A DNA stretch of 63,945 nt from Hydrurus foetidus (taxonomy: Eukaryota): positions 1 to 63,945 of the forward strand of contig UYFQ01000797.1 in the NCBI GenBank assembly GCA_900617105.1, read 5' to 3'. The translations under genes and the position numbers were made by a program. Positions 1-10,642 of this stretch are shown one piece after another. The notes below the pieces were generated by a model. The model was given only the letters and a program-made list of their open reading frames with translations. It ran no database searches and was not told the DNA's origin. Position 1 is the stretch's first letter; each line of letters starts with the position of its first letter.

Positions 1-1476
1 GAGCTGCCCTGGCCCTGTTGTGGCGTGACCCCTGTCCGCCGCCCTTCTTGTTGTCGTACTTACGACTGTCTCGGCGGTCATCGTCTCTGTCACGACTGCG
101 TTCGCGGTTGGAAGAACGGCCACGGTCTGCGCGTCGCTCGCGTGCTTTGCGTTCGTTCAGATCGCGGTCGTCTCTCTCCCGCTCCTGCAGCGTGCGTCGG
201 TCTCGCGCGGGACGGTCGTCCTCAGACTCACTGTTGTAACGGACTCGCTTGGATGTATCCGCATCCTCTGAGGACTCCTCCGCGCGTTTCTTCCGACGAA
301 GTTCCCATCCTGGTAGATACAGGTGCTCTACGAAGGTGTCATGACCCTCAGCCATCCATGCCTTTCCCATCGCAGACTCTCCCATAACACGTGGTACTGG
401 TTGTTCGTGTCATGAAGGCCTTTGAAGGGGCAGTCCGCAACCCGGTGTGTTGCGAAACCGCAGCACTGGCATTCAGTCGGATCCGTGCTGTACGCTCGGC
501 GCTCGCTCCTTTGTTGCACTAGGTCCGACGTCGAACGAGAGGAGGCTGACGCAGCGGAGTTGCTGGGACCAGACCATCCTACCGCTGATGCCGTGGACTT
601 GACGCTAGTGGGTGGGAAGGTGTGGACGATAGAAGTATCGCCGTACTGAGCCACCTTGAATAACGCCTGGCGTGCGACTGCGAGTGTCTTGCAGAACCTG
701 TAGACGCATGTCAACCAGGTGTCTTCAGTCTGAGGGTTGTTGGGGTTCGACACGAACGCCACCATCCTCTCGACCTTGTCTGCCTTCTTCATGTCGAAGT
801 AGTCGTGGCGGATCTGGGACTCTTCCGCCGCGACACGCTTCTCGAAGATCTTGATGAGGTCCCTCTGTTGTTCCTCTGTGATCTCCCCCACCGTACGGGT
901 GTACCCCTTGATGACCTCCTTGTAATCCGCCATCATCAGTATCTCATGATCTTCGTTATCAATGCAGTACTGGAACTTGACTTTGGAGAACACCTCGGCC
1001 AGGGTCTTCTTCTCATCGTGCCGCTTGCCAAAGTACTGGCTGACAAGACGGGCGATTTGAAGGTGCGACAGTCTTGTCCTCCACAGGGAAACCTCCGACT
1101 TGTTGAGGACCTTTAGGGACGGATCGCACCGGATTTTCATGTCCAGTGTGTCCATGGCCGCCTCAGTCATTGTCTGCTGGATGTCGATGGAGTCACCCAT
1201 GGTGACGGCCTGTGCAAGGAACCTCTCAGCTTGATCCGAGCTGATGAGAGTGTTCTGTAACACAAAGAGTTTCTTGTTGAAAGAAAGAGCTTTGGTTATT
1301 GACGACGCCAGGGAGTTCTGGGTCTCTCCTCCCCGTGATGTTAATGAAAGGTTTAGCTCATTAACCGGGCTTGGAGGTCCCGTATTCCCTGTTTCCGCAA
1401 ACCTCCTGATCTCCTCCTCTGATAATTCCGGTTCTGGAGGAGGGGAGGGCGTTGGAAGTGGTTGCTCTGGTGTCAT
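1..1476 (-). CDS. gag: Gag of LTR retrotransposon (zinc knuckle, Arg/Asp-rich tail), with one frameshift at about 381-383; incomplete at window edge
   Basis: ORF 328..1476. Adding one base in the C run at 381-383 restores homology to the second element and gives a frame open to position 1. Confidence 0.8.
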
Positions 1477-2205
1477 CCTTCTGAAGAGCTGCTAAGCAGG
1501 CTGCTTCTGACCGGAGCGCTTTTAGTTGAATTCCTCTAAGATCTTTCCCTCTTGAAAAAAATTTGCAAGAGGTTTGCCTCGTGCCGTATCGGTTGGACAG
1601 GTGTCTGATCGATTGGGTTAGCAATGAAGCAGGTGAAAGATAAAATACAAAGTCTTCGTCTATAGGCACTTGAAGTCCGGTCTTCGGCTCACCAAACAGG
1701 TTCCTGTTGGCCAATCCAAAGGAGCAGGCGTTGCTGCTTTGAGTCTTGAACAGGCTTGAAGTCCTGCTGATGATTGCCCGCGAAGTCTTTTGCAATTCAG
1801 ATAGGGGATACCTATGTTGCTTCAAACAGGTATTGACTTCTGTTCTTCAGCTGGCGTCGAAACGGCTTAGAGCTGGCAACCGATATAGCAATCGGGAATC
1901 CGTGAAGATCTTGAAGGCCTCCTTTGAAGATCTTGAAAGCTCTTGAGATTCTGGAGCTTGAGAGTCTTGATCGGCTTTTGAAATTCAGATAGGGGATACC
2001 TATGTTTCACCGATTGCGCCAAGTCGTGAGAAACGTGTCGAAATGACAACGTTTGCTTGAATCCTGAGTTCTCCAACCAAATGCTTTGGAAGGACTTCTG
2101 AAAACTCGGTGGACCGCGTGGACAGAAGTCTAGCTAAATAGGTGGATGGGTAGTAGGGGGCCAAGTAGTAGAATTTAGAAGGGAAAGCGGAACGAGTAGA
2201 TCTAC

Positions 2206-2420
2206 TGTAGTCCAAATGAAGCAAGAGGTGTCAGAAAGGTAGTTTAGCTTACAACGAGAAGAGAGGGGATGGGCTTGCAGAGGTGTAAAACTCTGCATGC
2301 AAAGCGTTGCAAGGTAACTAACAGTCTGCGAGAGGTCGGAAGGACTCTCAGCCACAGGTCCGGACGGCTATACGGTACTACGGAGGGTAGGAATGTGGTA
2401 CTAAATCCTGTACCATCACA
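2206..2420 (-). repeat. Putative 5' LTR (about 215 bp; TGTGATGG...GGACTACA on the minus strand)
   Basis: TG/CA termini. Start (TGTGA) and size resemble the proven 224-bp LTR of element 2, with which it shares TGTAAGCTAA and an adjoining AGTA-NNNN-TACT palindrome. The partner LTR is outside the window, so boundaries are inferred. Confidence 0.65.
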
Positions 2421-2784
2421 CGCACAAATCTAGGTTTTAAGCAAATTTTTCCCTTAGATTATGTTTTTTATTAAAGTGCATTTTGCAAATTGAGTTTTTG
2501 ATATTATCAACATAATTTTGGACTTTTGAAAAAAAAAACTCGTTGTTGTTGACCAGGACGTCAAGGCGCACATTTTGGCTCAATCAGAATTTCTAAATTC
2601 GATTTAAAAAAAAGCCGGAAAAAAAGCCGGAAAAAAGCCGTTTTGAGGAATGAAATAAGGCCGTTTTTATCAGGGGCTACTCTAGACACTTATTTCAAAA
2701 GTTATATCGAAAAAATTGTAGCGAATCAAGGACGAAATTATACTGAGATTACAAGCGTTCGTAGAGGAAGCAAAAAATAAAAAA

Positions 2785-4100
2785 TTATAGTGTAAAAGTG
2801 GGGTAAGACTCCGGCATGGAATAGACAGTTGCTGGCAAATGAATTGGCCTGCACATAGTTTCCTTGGCGATTCTAGTTAAGTCATTCACATAATCATCAG
2901 AAATCTGTCGAATCGTCTCAACAAAAGAAGTCTTCGTAGGGTGAGGGGTGGGAAAAGAATCATTCATTTTACGATTGAATCTTTCTAGGGGATTGTTTGT
3001 CCTATTAATCAAGGTAAATTCAGAATTTTCATAAGTGAATGAGTGCACATTCCAGATTTTTGGATTCTATCAAATCATCCATGTCCTGACAAAGTAGTCC
3101 CAGAATGCATCGAATTGGGGCTGATGCGAAGACTCGTTGAAGCCGCGTCTGCAGTATGGAATCCCTTTGGGGATTATCTCTTCGATGGGAATCGCGGTCA
3201 ATATGTCCATGACTCCAATAGCACCTATGAGCTCTTTGATGAGCGGCTTTGGAATGTGGAAGTCCCCCAGCTCTCTCTTGAATGCCAGCTTCCAGTGGAA
3301 GAAGCATCCAACAGCAACTCCCGTTGGGAACTCGGCCCTCATAGTGGACAATATGGCGTGCTCGAAGTCGGAAGTGTAGGTCCATGAACATGGGGCAGGC
3401 TCCATACTTCGTTAGGTGAATCAAATCGGGATGACCCCAACCCAACTATCGTCTCCACCTCGGTGGCTGTAGAGTGATTTAGGAAGAATTTGAGGAATGT
3501 TCGCTCGTCCCAGACGGAGCAAGAGCGCATCGGATGAGCGTGGACTTTTGTGATCCAATCTCCAAATTCCTTCGTGCGAACTTGGTAAACGTATGCTAGA
3601 AGCTAGGGATCAAAGTTTTCGTTGCCGTGCCTGGAATATAGGATATGGCGTTATTTAAGATAACTCCTCTGTTGCAGTGTAATATGAAATAAAAATACCT
3701 TTATATTTTTGCACGGTAGTTTCGAAAACGTGCTTGGCAACTTCAGTCGCGCTCTTTATTGCGTTGTCTAAACAGTTATCAACGATCATCTGCTTCATTT
3801 CCGCCTGAACATCATTGATCTCTCCAACCTTGATACTCCTCAGTTGTCCGTTTTGTGTGCACCTTCACTCTCTCTATGATGACTCCCTACGATGCATATT
3901 TTATGGAGGTCTCGCAAAAATGTGGCCAACGGTAGCTTTTACACTGGTAAAATGCACGTCCACCGTTCGTGGCGGTAGTTTTTTTCGTATAATCATATCC
4001 ATTAAACGTCATTTTGCTCTCAAAACTCACAACCTCGACGAGAGGTTATTTCTCAGGACTTGATAAACATGAACAGTCAAAACTGAGCTCATCGTCTGCG
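2785..4100 (-). pseudogene. Decayed, internally deleted MULE (Mutator-like) transposase
   Basis: Fragments in shifting frames: GWGHPDLIHL..PMFMD (first Asp), TSDFEHA (second Asp), GCFFHWK (CxxH), FWDYFVRTW, and RTNNPLERFNRKMN..FPTPHP (catalytic Glu). The 5' boundary is approximate. Confidence 0.8.
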
Positions 4101-4187
4101 TCGCAATCATCGTCGCTAGCAAATATTTTTTGGAAGTGATGTAAACGGCAGTAGAAGCGTTGGATGCGCAATATCGAACTCATCGAC

Positions 4188-4446
4188 GAGGGCCATTGAG
4201 GGTCGCTGAGGATCACTGAAGGGTCATTTCGAATTTTTAAACAGGGTATCTTGGGGGGTCAGGGTCATTGGGGTCATAAAAAAGAGCCTTTGCTGGGACC
4301 AACCAACGTAAAAAATAACGAGGGTCATTCAGGGTCAGGGGGTCATTTAAGATCATCAATAGGACACATAGAACCGTGTGAATATAACCCTGAATGACGC
4401 TGAAGACCCTGAGGGCCATTCAGGGTCATAGGATCATTCAGGGTTA
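4188..4446. repeat. Cluster of GGGTCA(TT)-type short repeats upstream of the MULE remnant, probably subterminal repeats
   Basis: More than ten copies of agggtca/gggtcatt/ggatca variants in mixed spacing, plus a few inverted copies (ccctga). Confidence 0.55.
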
Positions 4447-4615
4447 AAATTATAGATTATCCTAATTACGAATATCTGTATTCATTTTTTTTTTATTTTG
4501 AAAATAAACTATTTCAAAATTTGCTGTAATTTTTTTCCCGCAGAATACGGAAAAATCAACAAAATCTGTCAAGAGCCAAGAATTATGTACATCTTTCTGG
4601 GGTGACTTAAAATAG

Positions 4616-5490
4616 TTGTCTGAAGCTGGGTCAGAGGACTGCTTTGATAAGGTCATCATCTTATTAAAGCAAAAGTGGGGTGCTGTAGATTCGGCTACAG
4701 TAGCACTTAACCATCTTGTGAATGAAAGGTTGAATCAAAGACTTACAAGATTCTATCGTGGTGCAGCGGAGGGGTATGCGATGAACAATAACGGCCTTGA
4801 GGGGACAAATAAGGGAATAAGGAAATCAAAGATGCAGCTAACTTCCATGAGCTTATGCCCCTCTTGGCGTTTCTCCCAACGATGGCAGAGTGGATAGGAA
4901 CGCAGTCCTCCAGACGCAATCCTGAAAACGTTGACTGTATACCATTGGCTCATGCCCCCTCTGATTTGGACACCAAAGAGATGACGGATGGCTTCAATCT
5001 ATGGAAATCAAAGAAGATTTTTGCCTCGTTGAAAATCACTACATATCGGTCACAAACCAAGCGAATGAGATTGTTAAGCTTTCTTTACTTGAATCTCAGT
5101 AAATATACAGAAAATATTGCTATAGCAGCTATGACTCGATGGATGATTCGTATTATTTTATCCCCCGTCCTACAAAAAAATGTAAATTCCGCCTATAAAT
5201 GTATGGATTTTATACGGTTTTAGATGCTAAACATAAGTTTAAGCGTTAGGATTTTTATGTCATGTCTATTATGTCCCCTTTCGAAAATATGTTCAAGTCA
5301 TTACTCCAGACCGCCGATGCAACTGCCATGAATTTGGTCGCAAATTCAAGTGCCACTTGTGCGAGGATAATGATCGACAGGATTCATGTTCCACCTTGTA
5401 CCAAGACCATCCCTCTCAGCTGCCGCAGGAAACCGAGTAGGCCACCGATGGCGCTGGGTCGCTATGTTATTCAAGATTTTGTGCTTAATG
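4616..5490 (+). pseudogene. 3' half of a second, decayed MULE transposase with a SWIM remnant
   Basis: GYAMNNNGLEGTNKGIR matches TSNNGLEVTNRVFK of the MULE at 53.2 kb. A degenerate SWIM (RCNCHEFGRKFKCH) lies at about 5315-5357, followed by a basic RRKPSRP motif. Several frameshifts. Confidence 0.7.
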
Positions 5491-7097
5491 AAGGTGACTC
5501 ACTCACTCATTCACTCACTCAATTTCTGCACTTTGTTAAAATTCAACATATTTGACAGTATCATATATGATAAGACAGTTTCAACATATTGTTTCATACT
5601 TGAATTCATCGAACTACACTTTACATTTTTTCTCTTTCCTTTTTTCGCTGCACTTGTTTTTCTCCTCTATTTTATTACTTTGCTATATACTATTGCTTTA
5701 TATAGCATCTGCTTACGCCACACCCACTTTACTGCACTTCGACAATTGCTACAGAGGATCTTCGAGCTTGAATTTAAGCAGACATTAATTAATCATACAT
5801 GGAGCTCGTCATTTGATCTTTTACAAAACTTGATACAGAGAATTTTCTGTGTCTCCAATTCCAAAATGATTTCACGTGATAATAATCACGAAATTCAGCT
5901 AACAGTGAGTCCTGTAAAATACAGCTGAACTTTACAGGGCAGAGTAGAGAGCAACTTCTTAAATTTTAAAAGTGATGAAAACATTGCTTTTATTAGATTT
6001 CCAATTAGTTACCGTGATAAAATTCACGAAGTAAATACTCACGTAGCTACCAAATGGGGGATTTTTCTAGTGTGAGTTTAAAGGCTTTTAAAATTGAAAA
6101 GCGAGGTGTCCAAAAAAATTGAGTTGGAGTAGCCGAAATGTTGTGAATCCACCAAATATATCATACAGACTGGTCACGACGATATTAATATTTCACAAGT
6201 TGACGCCGGCGTACGACAAGAAAGCCCTGCAAAAAATCCTCCAAAACTACTGCGATGCTATTCTAAAGGGTCATTTCCCAGTAGAGTCAAATGATTATCA
6301 TCACTGAGATTGCTGCCGTTAAAAATAATGAGGCTTCGGTTGCATGCTTTGAAATAACTGTCGTCCCATTTGCTGTTTTTGAAGCAGGCGTTCGGACGGC
6401 GGCCACGAATGGAGGCAAAGTATATCGGGTGCCAGTTGACGGCTCCTGGCAAGCGACCTCTGCGCTATCTCCTCAACCAGCAGTTGAGCTCGAAGAGCCA
6501 ATCGTAAATTTGGCATGAAATGGTGGCCTTCTCACTCCTCGAAGATGGGCTGCAGGAGGCAGGAGCTTGAGCTGTGGATGGAGTAATACCGAGGTAGGGC
6601 CTCGGCCGTTGGAAAAAGGAAAAGGTACGCGCACGAGCAACAGAACATTCCAATTCCAAATTGGCGATCTGCGTCGACGGCACATTCATCTCATGTCGTC
6701 AAGACAGAAGACAGAGCAGTGTGTAGTGTATCTATATTTCGAGGAAGGAATTAGTGCAGCAACACTGTACTTTTTTAAAAAAGTACAGGATAAATTGAAA
6801 TTGGTATGAGAAAATCGAAATGTAGTACTTTTTAAAATAGATGATCAAGCAGAGCAGTGACTATTTCCGAATCCAAAATCATATCAGAATATTCACATAC
6901 GCACAACATCAACAGTGAGCCGTCATCAAGTAATCTTCGCTCGGTATAATGTCCGATATCTTCCGCGAACTTTACAAAGAATTTGAAAAGCTGCGGTAGG
7001 GACGCCAAAACCAGCCTCATCAGAAAGCATGAGTGCAGTGTAAGCTGCTTGTAAATCGAAAGACCAGTGGCGACGTCGTATTTAAGAAATACTGGGA

Positions 7098-7997
7098 ATG
7101 AGCCGAATATTTTCACTTTTTCGAGCAGCCGCCTTTTCATTGTTATTTGCATGTGTCTGCATTGCAACGAAGTCATCGAAATGGATGGCAGTCAAGCGCA
7201 CTTTCGCCAGAGCAGCGTTGTCATCGATTTTGATCGGATCGCAGATTACAATAGCTGTACCAGTTCTTGCTGTGGATACCACATTCCAACAGCAGCTAAA
7301 AGTTATCCAAGCTTTACAAGTTGAGCAGCAGAAAATAGTTGTGCAAAAAGCCATGAACAAGGGAATGGTTGATAGTGCAGGTAGATTATGACTACTCACT
7401 TCTCATTCATTAATGACATAAACAATAATCTTCTCTGCTTTTTTGACTGAAGACGTGATCGCGAAAGGAACTGTAATGATTGCAGCGAATGTTTATGGGG
7501 TCGATGCAAGTCTCTATCCCCTTGGATTTCCCAGTGCCTCAGAATTAGATCAAATATTTGGGAACGATGATGCCTCGATGGTGATAACTGCAGTTGGCAG
7601 AGATGGACCACCAGTAGCCGCGAAAAGACTGAAGTTGAAGGGACTGCAGTTTCCTATGAGTTTTCAACTGACAACATCGGACTTGATATTCCCATACACT
7701 GCGAATGCATGGATGAGCAGTCCTCTTAGTAAGGACAGCATAGCAGTCACTTGTATCCTAGACACCGACTCTCAGCTGATCACGCCTAGTCCATTTGACC
7801 GATTTGGCTTTGCGATATCAGCACCTGCCGTGTTGGGAGATTTATCTGAGAGGACTGATGCCAAAGTGACCATCAATCTGAAGTCAGACGGTCACTTGTA
7901 TACAGCTGACGAGACAGAACTTCTATCCAGAGTAGACAACTTCCTTGCAGGTGTCGAGAAAGCATTACCTAGAGTGCAGAAAATAACGGAGGGCTGA
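7098..7997 (+). CDS. Plastid, probably thylakoid-lumen-targeted, protein with a CcmI/CycH-like C-terminal Ig-like domain; 2 exons (7098-7380, 7453-7997)
   Basis: Phase-1 GT..AG intron 7381-7452 joins the two ORFs in frame. N-terminus has a signal peptide, a basic transit region and a second hydrophobic stretch ending PVLA. Motif GPPVAAKRLKL...FPMSFQLTTSDL resembles the CcmI C-terminal domain (recalled, not searched). Confidence 0.7.
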
Positions 7998-10642
7998 GCA
8001 GCAGCGTTCAACAACCCTCGAGCACAGCTCACTGCGACACACATGTGACTGATGAATCTCTCTATGTGGCAAATGTCCAGTCTGAATTAGTGTTGTGAAG
8101 CACTTAGAACTGACTGGCGTGCTGTATCGACTCGACCCTTTTAGGGTTACTGCCACTTCCTAACTCCTAGCTGCGGATTGCCTAGAAGTTCTGAGGTCAA
8201 CAGTGCATTCATCTTCGATTATTAATGACAGCAGCAGCAGATATCAGTGATATTTATTGTGCTTTCTTTACTAAATACACATGGTAGAAGAGACTTCGTT
8301 CTTTATTTCGAACTTGGAACAACGAAGCATGACGCATCGAGAACGTGCCCACTACTCTCAACAGTTTTACAAAATGAACGCACTGATCAGATGCCATTTG
8401 TTAGTTGCTGTATTCGCTATTGAGAGAACGTGCGATGTTGAAGTGCCGCTACGAAGTGCAACGTCTGTGTTTTCACACGGAGGAGGGAGATCTGGCTATA
8501 TCCGGCACCATCAGTAACACAGTACTCAGTGATGCAGCCATAGCTCCACATCAATGGATGGGGAGAGTTACGATCTACTCGACAACGTGCTGTGCTGTGC
8601 TGTGCTGTGGCAAAGGCAATAAACCAACTTTATATCTCCTCACAAGTAGAATAGTATGTTGACACATCGTACGATAGGGGAGACGGAAGGAAAAGGAAAA
8701 AGAAAGATTGGTACTAAATGAATGACTTTAAGTGTTGAATTTATTTATAATATAAAAAGCAAGGCAATCACGCGACAGAAGTGTAAAGGCGTGTAGGTGG
8801 TAATGGTGCAAGTAATGTCCACAAAGACCAATGTACAGTACGGAAATCAGACAAGATTCATGAGATGGTGTTATAGTAATTCCTGTAATTGCACAATGCT
8901 GTGAGAATAGAGTGGGATGATAATGTACGGACGTACAGTAAAAAAATAGACAGGAGAGAAAGGAAAGGAAAGAGAAACAGTTCTGACAACTACTATACAT
9001 CGCTGGTGCACTGCAGCACATCGGCATGAATAAAAGGTATCGGCCGGTAAGATGACTCCCGTACCAATAACTAACAGTGGTCCTGAAAGTGAGGAGAGGG
9101 CGAATAACTTCATTAAATAAAGTAATGATCTATTCTGGTCGAGACGAAGCTAAGAGGGATGGTGTGGCGTCTTGAAGAGTGGAAGTCGTGTCGTACAGTG
9201 TATTGTCGTGTAGTGAGGAGAGGTGTAGTAGATTTCGTTGTCAGTCACGAAATCTGCATGTTCAAGTCCATCGATACTCTGAGATAGGACGTCAACGAAA
9301 AAGAACGAAGAGAGTGGTGATTCTTACTGCATGACACGGTCAGTGCGGTGGATGGATAGATAGGTAGGTAGATCCATCAACCGATTGTTGCACTGATCTG
9401 TCGAAGGGTCTGTCTGTGTATTTAGTCTCGGCATCTAGCACTTATTTCTAAGCAGTGCAACTATACCAAGTCACATCAAATCATGTCAGCCACATGACAT
9501 ATCTATAGGATAATAGTCAACTATCACATCATCAGGTAACGTCACGTGTGTGGTCTCACTTCACTCTCCGTCGGATCAGATCAGATCAGATCAAATCATA
9601 TCAGGTTGGAAAGTGAGTGAATACAACTTCAGTCTCTAGATGGCTCTGAGGCTGAGGGAGAGGTTTAGGAAACAGTCAAGGAGAGGAGTGGAATAGAGTG
9701 TAGTAGTATGGGGTACATCACCTCGAGCCAGATTGGATCAGGTCGGATTCAGTGGGACCCAGTGACGTAAGATTGGACAGTGGATGTAGTTAAGAGAAGA
9801 GAAGTGAAGTGAAGTAAGGATAGGGTAAGACGTGAAGAGAGTGGTACATTAAGCAGGAGGATTCTAAAGAAAAGAGAAAGAGATAAGGTAAGGGAAAGGA
9901 GGAAGCTATGAGGTGCATGGGGATTGAGGCAAATGAAGACGTTTACATGGAGAGGCATGTGAGAAAGAAGAGTTGAGGAGGAGGAGGAGTGGTGTGGTGT
10001 AGGGGATAAGGAAAATGCAAAACTTTGGAAATGGATGGATGGAGACTAAGAAGTTGGAATGGCTGAGGATGGCAAGAAAGGAAAGGGAAGGGTAAGAGGG
10101 GTGGAGTTGGTCTAAGCAGCGGTATGGTGACGGCAGCGTAGACGGGACGGGACAGTTAGGGTTCGCAAGTTGATGTTGCGACTAATTGGTTTGTCAGATA
10201 GAGATTGAGATGTCGTATGACTCGTCTAGGACAAGTGTTTCTAGAGCAACAACTGAGAGGGGCTAGTAATAGACAGACAGGACACAATGAGGAGGAGCAG
10301 TGCGGAGTAGAGGGGAAGAAACTAGAGGAGAGGAGAGAACACTCCAGAAATGATCCCTGCTCGTACATCTTCAAATGGAAATCTCATCAGATGAGATTTC
10401 CGTTTGACATCATTTAATCTAATAAGCCGTGACATGTCCCCTACCACCTTATGGAAAAGAGAATCGCGCAACACTCAAACATACAGCTACCGCTATTTCA
10501 CTCCTGTTTACTCTTCATTCCTTTCTTCACATTCCTCTATATTTGTACCCGCTATTTATTTAATTCCCCTCTAACATTCTTACTTTTTCACCCACTTTTC
10601 CCTGTTCTCTTCTCCTCTTCTCTTCTCTCTGCTCTCTCTTCT

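Larger units (their letters stand above)
1..2420 (-). mobile_element. Ty3/gypsy-type LTR retrotransposon, 5' part (LTR, leader, gag); runs off the left window edge
   Basis: Gag ORF has a CX2CX4HX4C knuckle (CQCCGFATHRVADC). The downstream segment (NNQYHVLW..ESAMGKAWMAEGHDTFVEHLYLPG) aligns by eye with the gag of the complete element at 53.5-60.9 kb (NNSHKMWSESLMGLEWKRLGHKHFVIDAHLPS). An LTR-like TG...CA block lies upstream. Confidence 0.85.

Noticed and set aside
6119..6809. Short overlapping ORFs between the MULE remnant and the 7.1-kb gene
   Set aside because: No motif and no consistent splice model.
8000..10640. Short ORFs or ncRNA in the purine-rich intergenic region
   Set aside because: Low-complexity sequence; no tRNA, rRNA or snRNA motif recognised.
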